Part shown: positions 8,901 through 20,407 of the stretch, piece after piece
Position numbering within the stretch: position 1 is the stretch's first letter
How the letters are laid out: every line of letters begins with the position of its first letter
NCBI GenBank assembly: GCA_040285855.1
Contig: JAUFOQ010000003.1
Span: 2,108,001 to 2,172,000, forward strand
DNA: 64,000 nucleotides
Direction of reading: 5' to 3'
DNA from: Eukaryota sp. GEM-RC1
Lineage: Eukaryota
Translations under genes and position numbers: made by a program
The notes under the pieces: generated by a model
The model's input: only the letters and a program-made list of their open reading frames with translations
Told to the model about the DNA's origin: nothing
The model's database searches: none

Positions 8901-11209
8901 TCATCAATACAATTCTGACCGACTGCTATCCACGTGACTGTGAGTTCATTAATATAAGCTGGTAGAAATCTCGTAATTCTAATTTCAAAATGAGACGTGC
9001 TTCGAAGTGTCAATACCACGTCAACACTTGCCGGATGAGACGATTCTATAGATCCAATTGCAATAAAAACATTCGGCTCTGAAGTAAACTCTTGGTTAAA
9101 GTATATCTCACCAATAAACACAGTTCCGCTGCCTCCTTGATGAAGCGACCATTCCAAATCACGACTAAGACGATACTGGACAGTACCAGCATCAAGGACC
9201 AAGGATTGTGGGCAGATGACGTCACCAAAGATATCTGATAGAGATGGAAAGGAAAAACCAAGGAATATCAACATGAAAAAGAGAATAATTGAGGAATAAA
9301 CAACAATGGCTTTAAGTTTCTTCCAGGAAAACAATCTTGCATACTCAGGAACAACGCGTTCCTTCTTAATTTCAGGAGTAACTACCTCGGAAAGTGAAGC
9401 TTCAGTATCAATAGATCGATAACCAAGACTTTCCTCTTCTGAAGTACTGACCTGGAAACCATCCTCAACTTTAATGGAAACTTCACTCACGTGACGACAG
9501 TCAGGATCAATAAGTGATGTGCTATCATCACCAGAAGGGAGCTCACCACATAACGATTCCCTATCATCTTCATTAGAATCAGTAGAATGATAAGTTACCT
9601 CGTTATCAATAACATTTTCTAACATTGAAGTAAACTTTGTCTTGCCACTACTTTCAGACTTATGACTAGTAGTACTAGAAGTGAAATGATGAACTTTAGA
9701 AGAAGACTGAGATTGGTCAAAGAGAGATTCTTGATGTTCAGAGAGCTTGGAGTCTTGGTCTTGTGTAGACTTTTTAAATAAATCTAAAGAATTTTGAGCT
9801 AAAGGCGGTCGAGCAATCGATCCACGACGAGCCATTACCTGCTCTCCTTCTAGAATCTTTTCCATTTTAGGTTTATTTCCTTGATGTTTAAGTCCCTTGA
9901 CTAGACCTATCCTACGAAAGAACAAACACGTGGACAAAGACTCTGACACAGCACCAGGATCAAGATCAAGAGAAGCAATCATGATTAATCTTGGGGAATA
10001 GGACATATAAAAACGAAGAACTGAAGTTAATGGACAGTTTCTGTAGGGAACGTGTTTCTTTTGATTTGTTACAGCAGACAGGACACCTTCCAAAAAGAAA
10101 AGGGATTGATTGATTTTGACAGATCTTCTTATAAAAGAACTTTGATTAATTGGTATATCAGTAACTTTAATGGGAGCAGCAAGATCAACAAAACATAATT
10201 TACTATGAGTTTGTTGAACCTTCGAGACCAAATGAATTGATAAAACAACGTGTGACCTTGTTGACACGGCATTCCATTTAGTTCTTTCAACTCTCCTCAA
10301 GTCATTTGCATTGGATAGCATGACTAGAGCTTCACGTAATTTTGATACTTTATTCTGAGAAAGTCCTGGAATAGACGTGACCATTGGATTGCTACTTGCA
10401 CTGCAAATAATTGAGGAATTTAGCATACGAGGCGATTTCTTCCCATGTTCATCAGATGACGTTTGCAGAAGGTCATAAACCTCGTCATCTTTTAACTCCA
10501 CAAAGGAAAGCAAAACTTCCTGATCATCAGTAAGTCTTCGAAAGATGGAATGAAGAGATAAAGGAATCAGACCAATAGACTCTTGGGAAACACAAGTAGG
10601 AGAACCAAAGAGAGTGTAAGTCTTACCACTAGCTATCCCTCCGTAAACAAAGAAGGTAGATGAAACGTTTTGGAAGAGACCTAGAACAGCAGGGGAAGCG
10701 ATTTCCTTATAAACATCAAAGTTATCATCAGCAAGAATTGAAGTGAAAGGAAACGACCATAGCTCTTTGGTGTTGTTGACTGTGGTATCAGTAGAGTTCT
10801 TAGGCACACGAATAGAAATCGAGTTATCGGTAGGTTGATCTAAAAGAAGGTTCTTAGATTTGGTAGGTTTAAGCCGACAGTAAGCAGCAAGTGGAGCAGC
10901 TTTGCGAGCAACAGAGGATCTGGGAGTAAACGGTTCAAATGAAGAATCATTGAGAAGGAAACGGTTCACAAAGGGATGAAAGACTTCTGGCTCGTCTGAT
11001 GTGTTCAAAGCATGTTTAATGTTGGTAGTATCACTGTGAGAAATAGTAGGGGAAGTGTTAATAGTACGAGACCTGATGTTGAGTCGATTCTTGTTTTTGA
11101 CGTTAGTTGGTGGTGAAGATCTAGAAGCAGTAGAATTTTTAGCTGACCTGGCCTCACTGTTTGAATCGGTGTTGGAAAGCAGCTGAGATAGATGTGAGCC
11201 AGTAAACAA
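5925..11209 (-). CDS. Kinesin motor - H-type lectin - processive GT2 (chitin/hyaluronan synthase-like) fusion, ~1,720 aa. Exons 11209-7567, 7531-7153 (one base missing at ~7385), 7122-7066, 7035-6958, 6926-5925. Start codon unresolved.
   Basis: Kinesin motifs: YCRLKP, GGIASGKTYT, VYDLL, NAVSTRSH, VDLAAP, INQSLFFLE, HVPYRN. Four TM segments precede the catalytic part. After splicing, GT2 motifs appear in order: YIPTGNKTFA, IMDDDV, FQDMEY, HGAISIW, FHGED, LFAQRVKSW, then C-terminal TMs. Confidence 0.8.
6927..6957 (-). other. Intron 4 (31 nt, phase 0)
   Basis: GTTTGT...CTAATTCAAG. Removal gives FHGED-TQIGFLL, in frame with the 5925-6800 ORF. Confidence 0.85.
7036..7065 (-). other. Intron 3 (30 nt, phase 0)
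   Basis: GTTTGT...CTTATTCTAG. Removal gives AYPH-GAISIWKK. Confidence 0.85.
7123..7152 (-). other. Intron 2 (30 nt, phase 0)
   Basis: GTTTGA...CTAATTCCAG. Contains an in-frame stop; removal gives FQDMEYM-LSGLMK. Confidence 0.85.
7532..7566 (-). other. Spliceosomal intron 1 of kinesin-GT2 gene (35 nt, phase 1)
   Basis: GTATGT...TTAACTCAAG. Removal joins the 1223-aa ORF to the GT2 frame (SSSC-ADGNVYVCHN). Confidence 0.8.
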
Positions 11210-11265
11210 GTGAGTTGGTGGAGAACTTGTGAGAAGAATCTACGACACCCGAATGTGATTAGGAT

Positions 11266-11842
11266 CATGAAACGCAAATGTTCCCTACTGAGGCTATTTT
11301 ATGCGTACCGTACCATACGTACGTACGGTGCATGTACCGGTACTGTCCTTTTACCGACTAAAATAGATTAATACTTTTTTGAACTTGATAATACAATTTG
11401 AGATTTTAACAGTTACCAACGTTATACATTCTACCGTTAAATAAAGATCATGGTATCAAGATCACGATTGTCATTCTTATTCAAATTTCGGGTACATCAT
11501 CTGTTGACCACAACTGTCCCAAAGTGACAATGTTATATACATATCTCAGTTGCATGAAACCAACAATAGTAGCGCCTTCGTCTCACAATGCATGTAATGA
11601 GTGACTGATACGAGATATAACAATGATAAAGGGCACAAAAACCAAAGAGTGCATTTCTAAGCGATTAGAAGATGTAGAAGTGATTTGTAATAATATAATG
11701 AATCGCCACTCCAAAAGTATTTTTAAATACTTGTAGTTCGTCTTAAACAGGGCTTTTCATAAGATCAAATAACATCGGTACGGATAAAACACATCGGTAG
11801 GTACCGATCCGTATGGGACGTACCAAAGATTTGCGCACATTG
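11266..11842. mobile_element. hAT-type MITE (577 bp)
   Basis: Perfect 8-bp TSD ATTAGGAT at 11258-11265 and 11843-11850. Imperfect TIRs CA.....CGCAAAT and GTAC/CGGTAC subterminal repeats. Confidence 0.65.
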
Positions 11843-11948
11843 ATTAGGATGAACGTGACTTTGGACACTTCTTATGTCATACATTATTTGTAAATCTTCT
11901 TAATATACCGATTTTAAGTTAATAGTTTTCACTCGAAATCATAGTAAC

Positions 11949-12050
11949 TGTTGGCCACAGGTGTTATGATGTGGCAGTGTTGAAGTATGGTGTTGCCATT
12001 TATAAATTATATTATCCTTTCCCCTTGCATGTCTACCTTTACAGGTATCA
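11949..12050 (+). repeat. 5' LTR (102 bp)
   Basis: TGTTGGCCACAGG...TTTACAGGTATCA, identical to 18588-18689. Confidence 0.95.
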
Positions 12051-12100
12051 ATAATTATTGTCCTTCTCGTGGTAGAAGCGACGAAGATTCGACAGCTCGT

Positions 12101-15100
12101 ATGAGTCCTCGAACTGAAGATCCCTCGACAGCTTCTAGAAGCCCTCGAGATGAAGGAGAAGCGACAACCATGTTTGGTCCTCGCATTCGAAGTCCTTCTG
12201 GTTCCCCACCTGGTTCCAGAGGAGATGAAGCTCCATTGAAAGATTCCCAGACAACCAATCCTGGTCCTCTGGATGATTCCCAGACAACCTCTCAAGGTCC
12301 TCTGGATGTTCCCCAGACAACTGGTCAAAGTCCTCTGGAAGATTCCCAGACAACCTCTCAAGGTCCTCTGGATGATTCCCAGACAACCTCTCAAGGTCCT
12401 CTGGATGGTTATATTTCCCAAACAACCCCTCAAGGTGCTTTGGACGAATCAACTCCCCAAACAACCCCTCAAGGTGCTTTTGGATGTCGCTGCAAACCAG
12501 ACAACCTCTCACGGTCCTCTGGCTGGTTCCTCTGTCGTATCCCATGACGTCGTTCAAATTGAAGATTTGTCACGGGAGGAAGAACGTGAGTTCCATAAAC
12601 TACGTCTCGAAGCAACGCAGAAAGAACTAAAAGCTGCAGCCGACAAGGTCAACACGTTGTTATATGCCAAACCTACTCATGGTTGGGCTATTCAGTCCCA
12701 TAAACATATGACCGACGAGGAGCGCAGGAGATATAACAATGCAGAGAAGGCAAAGCTAGTCCAACGCCAGTTCCCCGAGTCATCTCGAAACCCGCAAAAT
12801 TGGCACAGAGCAGCGATACCGAATGAGCTCATTCCGTTCGCCAGTAGCCAGGACTCGCTCATTGGAATTGACGATCGCCAACTGTGGCAAATGGCCAAGT
12901 TCGATCCCTTCAATGTGCTCCTTCGTCAAAGATTGAAGGAAGCCAAGCACTTCCTAATCAGAAATGTACCTCCTATGACTCCCCCAGAAGTAATCACTCG
13001 TTACCTTGCAGGTAAGTTTGACCCACGTCGCGGGGACACATATAGATTTCCCGTTAGTGAATCCTGGGATCCAGCTCATGGAATCTCAGTCGAACCACTG
13101 ATGGAAACGGTTCATCCATCCGGACAGAGTTTGGTATATGAGTACCCAGCATGGTACCAATACAGCTTGTCCACTAAGAAAGCTGCATGCAGAGATGTTG
13201 CAATAAGCACAGCGTGGCTTCCCGAAACCCCCGTATACGACAACTTACCTCCTGGCAAATCGTCGGAGCAAGTTTATAGCATTATGCCCCCCACTAGATA
13301 TGGAACAATCGTCCCTTTCGGAATGAGAGGTGACCAATTGATCGATCCTACTGAGGGTTCTAATAAAAGGGAACGGCAAATCCATGCTGCCCTGCATGAT
13401 GACCGCGAACTTCTTGATTCAACGAAACTTCCGTCTCAAGAAGAATATCCAGGTCAAAGCAAACGCCCTGAAACAGTGATCGTTTACAAAATTCTGGACC
13501 GAACCTTGGGTACAACTGAGGAAATCGAGAAGTCCGAATTCGACGAACCCACTCGTCAGGAAAGTAGTGCTTCTTCGAGAGATCCCTTGACAACAAGTCA
13601 ACTGGAGAAAACTCCAAGAGTGAAACAAAAGAAAAGAACTACTGTTCTACGTTCACCGTCACTATCACCGACACCACCCGGATACAGACCTCCAGTGTAT
13701 AGTCCTAGTCCTGCTTCAGCACGAAAAGAATTCGAACGCCAACAAGAAGAATGGAAACGCCGAGAAGAGAGTCGTCGAGAGCCATCCCCATCTGAACCCG
13801 AGGAACCAAGCTCCTCCGAAGAAGACCAAGGAACATCTCATCTGACCTCCTCTGCTATCTCTGGTCGTGGTCACCCCAAAACGTCTAAATCGACTTTAAA
13901 ATCTAAAAACAAATTCCGTCCAAAAACTCTAGACAGTGAGGACCCGAAGAAAATTTTAAATTTTATCTTAGATTTCACGTACTGGTCAAAAGAAATTCGC
14001 GGTCAAGGTGATGGCCCCTATTCTACTGAGTTAGGTGAACCTGTACATGGCTTCGACCTAGTACGCACTTCTCTCAAGGAAGTAGACCCATCTGAATGTT
14101 CTAAGTTTATTAGCACAGAACTGGTTTACTCCTGGAGAATGCTGAATGAATTGGAGATGGAAGGTACGAGTGATGAGAAACTTTGGTTATACATCCTTCT
14201 ACTGACTCAATTTCCATCCTCTTCGACGGCTATCCAGGCCCTCAAGAGAGTTCAGTGCACTCTTAGCCAAGAGCCCACTCAAGCAATCAATGCCTATTTG
14301 AAAGGTGTGATTACAATCATTCAACGGTCAACTGCTGTTCCCACAGTCCACCAACACGAACGCAAACATGTCCCCGCAAACCTAATTGCCGACGTCATGT
14401 TAAAGAAGTTAGATCCCCAAGGTGAATCATCCCTATTAACGGATCTGAAAATTCATTGGGTTGATCGTCTCACTTCTAGAGACAATCAGTACGAATTGCC
14501 TCAGTTCATTAATGAACTCAAGGCCGCGTACATTGATTGGAAACGCTCTTCCGCTACTGTTAGCACGTCTCGCCCAACTGAAAAGCCCGCCGAAAGACGA
14601 CAACACAGAGGCTCCAAGAAAAGAGATCAATCTCAGGACCAAAGAAGAGGTCCCAGAGACGAAGTCGTTTGTTACAATTGTAACAAGAAGGGTCATCTTG
14701 CCAAAAACTGCCGCTCAAAGAAAGCAGAGCAACCCCAACGACAACACAAACGTAGAGCTGGTGACGATAGAAGTTCAAAAAAATCAAATAAAGATAGTAA
14801 CTACATTTTTCAACTTAACAAAATCGACAACACCCCTCTAGAATATTCAAACCCCATAGCGTCCTTAGACTCACTGGGTAGTGGTAACAAAATAAACAGC
14901 TTACAGAACCTAGGGGTCGATGATAGTGGAAAAGGGTCCCTATCTTTTCGACTGTTGATCAACAATGTGCCAGTAACCGGCGAATTTGACACAGCTGCAA
15001 CATGCTCTGTCATTACACAAGATTTAGCCCGTCTCTGTGAATGGATATGATCGATGACAGCATCGATTACCTTTCAGCGAATAATATTCGTGCAACATCC

Positions 15101-18100
15101 CTGGGGAGTGCAATTGGTACACTGACGTTCAACGTCGGGAGTCTGGCCAACAACGTTCACATGAAGCACTGTCTTCCTATAATTCCTGGTACCGGAATAT
15201 TTTTAATAGGACGTGACCTGCTTAACGAACTTGGACTCCTGACGGATGATGGTTTAGTCATTCAACTAGACAAAGAGCACCGCACTATCCTGAACGCAGA
15301 GAGTGAATTTGACGCAAGGATGATAACTCCTCCAAATTCCATCGGGAATCAATCAATTTTGAATGTTTCTAACGATGTGAACGGCGACTCTCAATCAAAT
15401 CCAAACTCAGGTTCCGATTTTGAACGATTCATAGATGATTCTGGCTGTATCATTCGTCTTGACGACACCACTCGAAGAGAGACATTGCTGAAAACACTAA
15501 GTGAGTACGCAGACGTTTTTTCAGAAGACATTGACCCCGATGGCATAGACTGCTCTCCGATGTCAATCCCCTTCTATGACGAAAACGTCACTGTCTTTCG
15601 TCCTCCCCGGAAGCTAAATCCCACAAAACAACGGGTAGCCGAGGAGATTTTTAATGAATTAATACGTAAAGGATGGGCCGTACCATCAAACGGAAAGTTC
15701 AGCAGTCCCATAGTCTTGGTCGTCTACAATGACCACCGCAAGCCTCGTTTAACTGGAGATTACAGTGGACTTGATGGGATCAATGCTAATACCAAACCTG
15801 TGAAGCCGAACCTTCCAAGGATTTGCGATACCCTGGAGTTCCTATCGAAAGCAAATTTCATAGGAACACTCGACCTCCCAAAAGCCTTCTGGCAGCTAAA
15901 AGTAGCTGACGAGGACGTCGATAAGACCACTCTGTCTATTCCAGGTATGTCAATTAGCTTCAAACGAGCATGTTTTGGTTTAAAGAATGTACCTGCAATC
16001 TTCCAAAACATCATGATGGAAATCTTCAGTTGTGAAGGTGTGTTCATTTATATCGACGATATAATTGTCATTGGCAACACCTTCGAAGAGCTTCTTTCAA
16101 GAATCGCAAACGTACTTGAACGCGCCAGACGCTACCGAGTACGGTTTGGCTTAAAGAAGTGTCATTTCACGACTTCAAGTCATAAAATAAAGATTCTAGG
16201 CAGCGACTTTGTGAACAAAACCCGTCACATTGACGAGAGTAGGGTCTCGGCTTTAAAGAGTCTACCGTCCCCCAAGACACTTCCTGAGGTTCGAAGTCTC
16301 ATTGGCGCGTTGAATTACATCCGTGATTGGATTCCGAATTTCTCGGACCTGATGTCACCGATTATTAAACTAACCAGAGACAAACCAAAGAAGATTTACT
16401 GGACAGACGAACATGAAAACTTATTAAGCGAAATAAAACGGTTGATAATCAATAACATGGCTCTAGACTTACCTGACGAAGATAAGAACATTATCATATC
16501 GACAGACGCATCGGACATCGCCGTAGGAGGAGTCATCTGGCAGGAAGAAAACCCCCCAGCTCCACCCGGCACTCCACTGAAGGATCGCAAGGTAAAACCG
16601 GTATCCTTCTATAGCCGACTCCTTAACGACAGTCAGCAAAATTGGTCAGCTATCCAGAAAGAGCTGTACGCAATCTTGTTGATTCTGACTGAATCAAACC
16701 TAGAAAGCTTCCTCATAAGTAGACACTTGGTGATCTTCACTGATCACAGGAACCTTTCCTTTCTCATATCCGCCCCAGAAAAGAATAGGATCGTAAAACG
16801 TTGGATCCCCATCTTATCCGAGTTTAGTTTTGAGATTGAACACGTTGCAGGAGAAGACAACCACTGGGCTGACATGCTCTCTCGCGTTATTGACCGCAAT
16901 CCAGTGGAAACAATCAAATCAGTAAATCTGATTGAACGCCACACCGAGGATCACATCACACTCAATCGTAATGATTTGAGACATGATGAAGCCAACTACA
17001 TCGAGTCTCAACCACATGACAACTCAGTTTATGTAATTAGCAACCTCCGTGAACTTTCAACAGATGGCAAGTTGCCCCTGTTCAACTCATGGCTATCAAC
17101 CATCAGAGCTGAGCAGCTAACGGCAATAAAAGCAAAAGACACTTTATTCACAAAAGCTAACCTTTGTCCTAAGAGCAAGACTTACGTTAACAGCAAGAAT
17201 AAGATACTGATACCGTCGAGCTTACGTAAGAAAGTCCTCTACATGCTCCACGGACTCGTCCAGTCTGGTCACCCTAACTTGAAAAATAGTTTGGAAAAGC
17301 TGTTCAATAGTGGCTACTTTTGGCCTAGCATGAAGGTTGACATGATCAACCACGTGAATCGATGTCCATCCTGTCAGAAAACGGCACCTGTCCGTAAACT
17401 GGCAATTGAGCCGACGGGTTCTCTCTGGGCTAATCGACCTTTTGCAAGACTTAACGTCGACACAATAGGACCTCTGCCAAAGGATCAAAATGGAAACCAG
17501 TTTCTACTGGTATTTGTTGACTCGTTCAGCAGATACACCATTTTAAGCCCCCTCGAGGATCTGAATAGCACTGAAGTAGCATATCGCCTGGTTTGGGATG
17601 TAATAGCTATTTTTGGTATACCGTTCTGTATCCATAGTGATAACGGCAAGGAGTTTGCTAACGCTACATTCGAGGCAGTTTGCAACCTACTGGCCATTGA
17701 AGTCAGTCGATCGATTCCTCATTTCTCTCAGAGTAATGGTCTGGTGGAACGACGACATAGAGACGTGCTGCAAAGTCTACGCCGTCTTCTTGTAGATTTC
17801 AATGATTACGACAATTGGTCAACATACATTCCTTCGGTTCAGCTCCAAATCAATTCAACTAAGAGTAGTGTAACGGGACATTCCCCCCTACGAGTTGATG
17901 TTTGGTAGCGACATAAGCCCAGGTGCAGACCCCGGTACTATGTTAAAAGCGATCGAATGTTCCACTTCGGAAATTTCGTTCATCGACGACATGGCTCTGA
18001 AACTGAAACGCCTTAAAGAAAAGAGAGAAAAGGCAGGGGCTCGACAATCGAGTAAGGCTCCTTCTAAGAAATCTCAACCTAATCCCTTTAAGGCAGGGGA

Positions 18101-18587
18101 CCTTGTGCTCAAGGCAACTAAGTCATCCAAGCTACATGGTAGTTATTGTGGACCATTCTTAGTAATGTCAATTGATTCCAATACTTCCATGTCTATCAAG
18201 AATTTGATCACTGGTCACGTTGGTAAAGCAAGCATCCATCAATGCAAGATCTATCAGACAGATTTACCCAATGATGATGAGCTTCACAAGGCTGTTGCTT
18301 CGGGTGATACTGAAGAACATATCTTGGTCAAAGTCCTTGATCGATATGATACCCCTGAAGGCGAGTATTGCACAGTAGTCTGGTTTGGTGGCGAACACTC
18401 AGCAGTTTCCCTAAAAGACATCACGAATACGAAAGCATACTCAGAGTTTATTAAATTAAATAGTAATAGTTGTAATGACTCCACTGTCCACAGGCCTAAG
18501 AAGAAAAGAGTATCCAGCGAGCAATCTCAGAAAGCTAAGTCACCTGTAGCCAAGAGAACAAGGAACTCGAAAAGAGAGAAGAGGTAG
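12101..18587 (+). CDS. Gag-Pol polyprotein, probably one ORF split by single-base indels at ~12480, ~15040 and ~17885
   Basis: Zn knuckle CYNCNKKGHLAKNC; protease FDTAA; RT LDLPKAFWQ and YIDD; RNase H STDASD; integrase HHCC plus D,D(35)E (VDT, HSDNG, VERR); C-terminal chromodomain-like segment. All frame breaks lie in short homopolymers. Confidence 0.88.
12225..12522 (+). repeat. 33-bp (partly 36-bp) coding tandem repeat, ~8 copies, in the Gag N-terminus
   Basis: Unit GGTCCTCTGGATGATTCCCAGACAACCTCTCAA encodes GPLDDSQTTSQ. Confidence 0.9.
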
Positions 18588-18689
18588 TGTTGGCCACAGG
18601 TGTTATGATGTGGCAGTGTTGAAGTATGGTGTTGCCATTTATAAATTATATTATCCTTTCCCCTTGCATGTCTACCTTTACAGGTATCA
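18588..18689 (+). repeat. 3' LTR (102 bp)
   Basis: Identical to the 5' LTR. Preceded by AAAAGAGAGAAGAGGTAG and followed by TSD TAAC. Confidence 0.95.
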
Positions 18690-19137
18690 TAACTCAAGAC
18701 TACACATACATCTTCAAAACAGAAACAATCTGAGTGTAGCTCCTCTTATCAAGTTTGTGAATCTGTAACACTGACTATCAGTAGTGAAACTAGATGTAGA
18801 TGGCACATCTTCACATGGTTTGGTATTTCAGCAAATGCATTTCTATTATTAACAATGAACACTGTTAAGCGTTTCTAAATTTTTGTCATTTGACTTTCAT
18901 AGGTGTTTTACTTTGTAGTCATCTAGTATACGGGCTGACGTACTGTCATGAAAGGTTTGGAAAATTGCGTAGAAAATTGCATATTTTACAAGTAGCAATT
19001 ATTATGATATGTATTTTTGTACCCTTCATCAATAAACTGTCTTCTACAAGTTTTTACAATAGTAGATGAGCCAATAATACTAAACATTGGTTTAATTTTT
19101 TTTAACGAGAATTATTTATTCTAAAAGTAATAGACAC

Positions 19138-20407
19138 CACTACAGTGTACATACATTTAATAATCAATATCCTCAAAGTCCAGATTGCCTAACTGGAAAT
19201 TTTCACCTACCTTATCTTCATAATGTCTGCCAAGAGATAATAAACCGCTAGATACAGAAGTCACCATACCTTTAAAGATAGCAAACACGATTCGATTTTT
19301 CCAAAATCTAAGATCAAAAGTCCTAGATGTTTTTTCTTTTACAATCTTCACAAAGATTGCAAGTAATGGTGTTGCAGATTCACCTAAAGAACCGTACAGT
19401 GAAAATACAAAAGGGTACAACAAGTAATTCGAGTGTGAAGCTGAATTAAATAATTTCAATTTAGCACAATATTTTTGCATTTTAAATTTTTGACCAATCA
19501 ACAAGGGGTTTTGAGCATTAGATTTAGCAAGTTTCTTGTTGGAATCATTACAAACATCGATAGACATAACATCAGCAATAATGAAAGATCCATCGAGACC
19601 AGGAAATATGACATCACCACGGCTATTTCCAAACGATTTGTCAACATCTGAATAATCAAACAAACCAGCGAGACCTGGTTCTAAAAAGGAAACTATTCCA
19701 TAAGACTTACACATACAATATAATTGATCCCTTACTGAATCATGAACCTTACTTCTAAAAGAAATAAAACGGTTACAATTCAATAGATGTGTAGGTGTTA
19801 CAGATTGCCCACATTGGCATTTCAAATTATGTGGAAGGTTATCAGGCCAAATAAATGACCGTAAACGCATGTTTAATGACCAAGAGTTATCATCAAGAAA
19901 AAGACCGTAAACTTGAGGGATTTGAGTAATCAGACATGAAGCAGAGCTATTAGGAACATCCGTTAAGAAATTTGCAAAAGCGGGATTTTTTTCCTTGGCC
20001 ATGCCAAGTCGAACATTATAATCCAAGCTTTCAAAAATATTTGTAAGTTTTTGTTGTAATTTTTTCAGACAGAACTGAAGATTAGTTAACCATCTTTCAG
20101 GAATTTCAAACACACATTCTGGGAAACACTGAGGACCAAACGTCAAAAGGTAATTTGATTAACGCTTCGTTTAAGTGAAATAAATATTTACATGAATTGG
20201 GGTTAATAAGGGAAATTTCATTAGGAAATCGATTAACAAATTCAAAGATGAAATTTTTTCCACCGCCTAAAAAAGCAGATTTGCAAAGAATTGATGATTT
20301 GGTAAAACCAATACCACCAAAATGCGCAGAAGTAAATAAATGACTTCTAAGTAACGTTGAATCAACTTCTAACAATGAAGCAAAAAATTTAATCCTCAAC
20401 TCGTTAA
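19138..20407 (-). mobile_element. 5'-truncated non-LTR retrotransposon with restriction-like endonuclease (CRE/R2-type), family A
   Basis: GGIGF RT-thumb end, CQCG...HLLNC Zn motif, KVHDSVRD, RGDV, IIADV, KMQKY, YPFVFSLYGSLG. Confidence 0.88.

Larger units (their letters stand above)
11949..18689 (+). mobile_element. Intact Ty3/Gypsy LTR retrotransposon (6.74 kb), chromovirus-like
   Basis: Two identical 102-bp TG...CA LTRs; 4-bp TSD TAAC (11945-11948, 18690-18693); PPT at 18570-18587; domain order gag-PR-RT-RH-IN. Confidence 0.97.
11851..19000 (-). repeat. Degraded copy of the hAT-element interior, interrupted by the Gypsy insertion
   Basis: The joined flanks 11851-11948 and 18694-~19000, reverse-complemented, align with ~40590-40940 (e.g. 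ctatgatttcgagt, ctgttttgaagatgta, ctag.ttcactactg, cagtacgtca). Confidence 0.7.

Noticed and set aside
12225..12522. CRISPR-like array
   Set aside because: Contiguous coding repeats without unique spacers, in a eukaryotic retrotransposon.
11939..12557. Antisense ORFs over the Gag repeat, and similar short antisense ORFs elsewhere
   Set aside because: Shadows of stop-poor repeats or of real genes on the other strand.
15030..15050. Programmed gag-pol frameshift
   Set aside because: The break is inside the protease (after FDTAA), has no slippery heptamer, and one added A (GAA ATG) restores the frame, like the other indels.
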